16,355 bases of DNA from positions 1 through 16,355 of the IMG/VR virus record IMGVR_UViG_3300029822_000764. One strand, given 5' to 3'. Position numbers and translations under genes: made by a program. Below are positions 14,573 to 16,355 of this stretch, piece by piece (position 1 is the stretch's first letter; every line of letters starts with the position of its first letter). Source of the stretch: a virus. Under the pieces are notes generated by a model that was not told the DNA's origin, did no database searches, and saw nothing but the letters and a program-made list of their open reading frames with translations.

Positions 14573-15575
14573 CTAAAAATAAATAAGGTTTATTATATGA
14601 GATAGAAAAGATATTTTTTAAAATGTTAAGAAAATAGAATCATATAAAAATCAAGGATATAACAATGTGTTTAGATACCCATATCCAAAAATAAATAAGG
14701 TTACTTATAGGGGAAGAGAGAGCAAAAAATAAAATTCTCGCAAATAGAAATTAAAATGTTGACCAAATAGAACCATATAAATATTAAGGTTATATCAATA
14801 CTTTATAACAGTGTACTTGAAATTGCTTATAGTAGATAAGATAAAAATGTGAAGTAATAGAAATTAAAATGTTGACCAAATAGAATCATCTTAAAATCTA
14901 TTGGTATTATTTAGTTTTCAGGTAATGCTCCTAAAAATAAATAAGGTTACTTTAAGGGAGAGAGGAAATAAAAATCGGACGAAATAGAAATTAAAATGTT
15001 AAGAAAATAGAAATGTGTAAATATCAAAGTTATAGCAACACTTTACATGACATAGAAATTTATAACTTTTTTACAAAGTGTAGTATATTATTTATATATC
15101 AATAGATACAGCCATTTTAGCTAATGTGTCTCTATAGGAAGAAAAAATGTTGACCAAATAGAAACACCAATAGCGAGAAAATAGAATCCAATGTATATTA
15201 AGCATTTATCAAGGTTTTTAAGAAGATAAAAAAAGTTTATTATATAGAGAATGAATAGAAATTATTTTTGCTAGACAAATAGAAATTAAAAATGTTGACC
15301 AAATAGAAACCTATAATTATCAAGGTTATAACAATGTATATAAGATAATAAAAAAAATTTATTATATGAGTAATGGAAGAAAAAATATTCAACTAAAAAA
15401 TTAGTCCGATCAGGACAACCGCTGATATATATTAGTTTCCACGCCCATGAGGAAAAGACGTTATATGATAATAAAAAATCCGAAAAATAGAAAAACACTG
15501 ACAACATTGATATTACTAGTGTTACAAGTTATTTTGTATGTTTATTTATCAGTAATGGAAAGAAGATAAAACTGT
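14573..15575 (+). repeat. Array of six degenerate 113-151-bp same-orientation repeats with a 31-bp promoter-like core
   Basis: The core AAATAGAAATTAAAATGTTGACCAAATAGAA is at 14742-14772. Near-identical copies are at 14856-14885, 14982-15012 (TTAAGA variant) and 15277-15308 (one extra A). Partial copies are at 14620-14639 and 15144-15163. There are secondary modules CTAAAAATAAATAAGGTT (14573, 14686, 14931) and TTTATTATATGAG (14589, 15358; variant at 15236). No credible ORF is present. Confidence 0.8.
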
Positions 15576-15913
15576 GACGGTAGCAAAAAGTTTTATAATC
15601 ATTTATATTATTAGGGTTTGATACCATGTCAAACATTTTGCTTATAGTGTAATAGTTGAATTTAGTTATCTAAATTAGATGGCCAACTTGAACTATTATA
15701 TATAGTTCACTTATTGTATGTTATGATTGAACATTATTAGTAATTTGCTTGTTTAAGTGGTGCAAATCCACCTTCCTCGAAAATTAATGAAAACAAGCTA
15801 ATTCTGTAGCAGGTAAACTGTAAGATAAATAATATTTTATCTGTACTAAAATTTTAGTATCCTATGGAAGAAGTCATTTTCTATTTTGGACAATAACTTA
15901 AAATAGTTTTAAT

Positions 15914-16043
15914 ATATTTTTTATGCCTAAAATGGGGACTAACATTATTAAGAATTAAATAATATCAATACTTTTAAGAAGAAATTAATTCCTTGTATAT
16001 AGATATAAGGAGTTTTTTTTATATTTTTTATGCCTAAAAATAG
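15914..16043. repeat. 19-nt direct repeat ATATTTTTTATGCCTAAAA (two copies) just upstream of the HTH gene
   Basis: Exact copies are at 15914-15932 and 16021-16039. The 15-mer TATGCCTAAAAATAG (16029-16043) is the exact reverse complement of 14367-14381. Confidence 0.7.
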
Positions 16044-16062
16044 GTAAAGATTTAATGTTGAG

Positions 16063-16266
16063 GTGAGAGAGGTGGAGAGAGAAGAACTTATAAGAAAAAT
16101 AAAATACTTAAAAGAGCATAAAGGAGTTACTTATAGTTTTATAGCAAAACAAGTGGGATTGGACGGAACTACTATAAGTCACTTTGTTACATCGGGTAGG
16201 TATCTTTCTAAAGAAAGAATTAATAAATTAAATAAATTTGTAGGAGGTTATTTAAATGAAATTTGA
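16063..16266 (+). CDS. Small helix-turn-helix DNA-binding protein (67 aa)
   Basis: VTYSFIAKQVGLDGTTISHFVTSGRYLS is a plausible HTH. The start is ambiguous: GTG 16063, or GTG 16072 preceded by AGGTGA. The 3' end overlaps the scaffold ATG by 11 nt, which suggests translational coupling. Confidence 0.6.
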   Translation: MREVEREELIRKIKYLKEHKGVTYSFIAKQVGLDGTTISHFVTSGRYLSKERINKLNKFVGGYLNEI

Positions 16267-16355
16267 CAAAGATAGTTATACAAAAGAAGAAGTAGAGAAA
16301 TTGTTTACTGACTATGAGAGCAATTACAATACTAAAATATTGGATTTTGAAGCAA
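16256..16355 (+). CDS. Phage scaffolding protein, 5' portion (continues at nt 1 across the circular junction)
   Basis: AGGAGG (16242-16247) lies 8 nt upstream of ATG 16256. The frame runs off the window end and continues in frame at 2-421. Confidence 0.7.
   Translation, partial: MKFDKDSYTKEEVEKLFTDYESNYNTKILDFEA
16270..16355. repeat. Terminal overlap, copy 2 (identical to 1-86)
   Basis: Base-for-base identity with nt 1-86. Confidence 0.9.

Larger units (their letters stand above)
1..16269. mobile_element. Complete circular phage-plasmid / satellite-like element (unit length about 16,269 bp)
   Basis: The 86-nt identical overlap at both window ends closes a circle. The content combines phage head and packaging genes with a Rep_3 + iteron + ParA plasmid backbone. 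No chromosomal housekeeping genes are present. Confidence 0.7.

Noticed and set aside
15286-15507. Minus-strand 73-aa ORF inside the repeat array.
   Set aside because: There is no RBS, and the translation is rich in Phe, Tyr and Leu (the reverse complement of an A-rich repeat). It spans repeat units that are clearly non-coding elsewhere in the array.
14573-15575. CRISPR array interpretation of the repeat region.
   Set aside because: The repeats are degenerate and the spacing is irregular at 113-151 nt, far longer than CRISPR spacers. The inter-repeat segments are themselves partly repeated. There are no cas genes and no palindromic repeat structure.
15924-16047. Mini-ORFs starting in the two ATGCCTAAAA repeats (MPKMGTNIIKN at 15924-15959; MPKNR at 16030-16047) as leader peptides.
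   Set aside because: The first has no properly spaced RBS, and for the second AAGGAG lies 15 nt upstream, which is too far. The shared ATG is more simply part of a DNA-level repeat. They are kept only as a note inside the upstream-region finding.
1-16355. phi29-like or picovirus-type small podovirus genome (a similar size class, roughly 16-20 kb).
   Set aside because: There is no protein-primed B-family DNA polymerase or terminal protein and no tail, collar or knob genes. The molecule is circular with Rep_3 iterons and ParA, which is incompatible with a linear protein-primed genome.

Overview
The window is a complete, circularly closed, very AT-rich extrachromosomal element of about 16,269 bp. 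The host is inferred to be a Clostridium-like low-GC Firmicute. Nt 1-86 are identical to nt 16270-16355, and the scaffolding-protein gene reads straight across that junction. The element has four parts. (a) A phage head-assembly and packaging set on the + strand: HTH regulator, scaffold, HK97-fold major capsid protein, BhlA/UviB-type holin-like protein, putative small terminase, large terminase, SPP1-type portal, a connector-like protein, and a 570-aa protein with three tandem Big_2 Ig-like domains. (b) A plasmid maintenance block on the - strand: a Rep_3/RepB-type initiator with four 21-bp iterons, a ParA Walker ATPase and a small ribbon-helix-helix partner. (c) An accessory block (1799-4531) wedged between the capsid and terminase genes, holding unknown proteins and a Rep_trans-like protein (rolling-circle initiator or MOB_T-relaxase-like). 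(d) Two large non-coding regions (8485-9156 and 14217-16062). The second carries a same-orientation array of degenerate 113-151-bp repeats built on a 31-bp promoter-like core. I found no tail tube, sheath, tape-measure, baseplate, endolysin, integrase or DNA polymerase genes. My main hypothesis is a plasmid-maintained, head-only (capsid-forming) phage satellite or mini phage-plasmid that borrows tails and lysis functions from a helper phage. All family assignments come from by-eye motif recognition, not from database searches.
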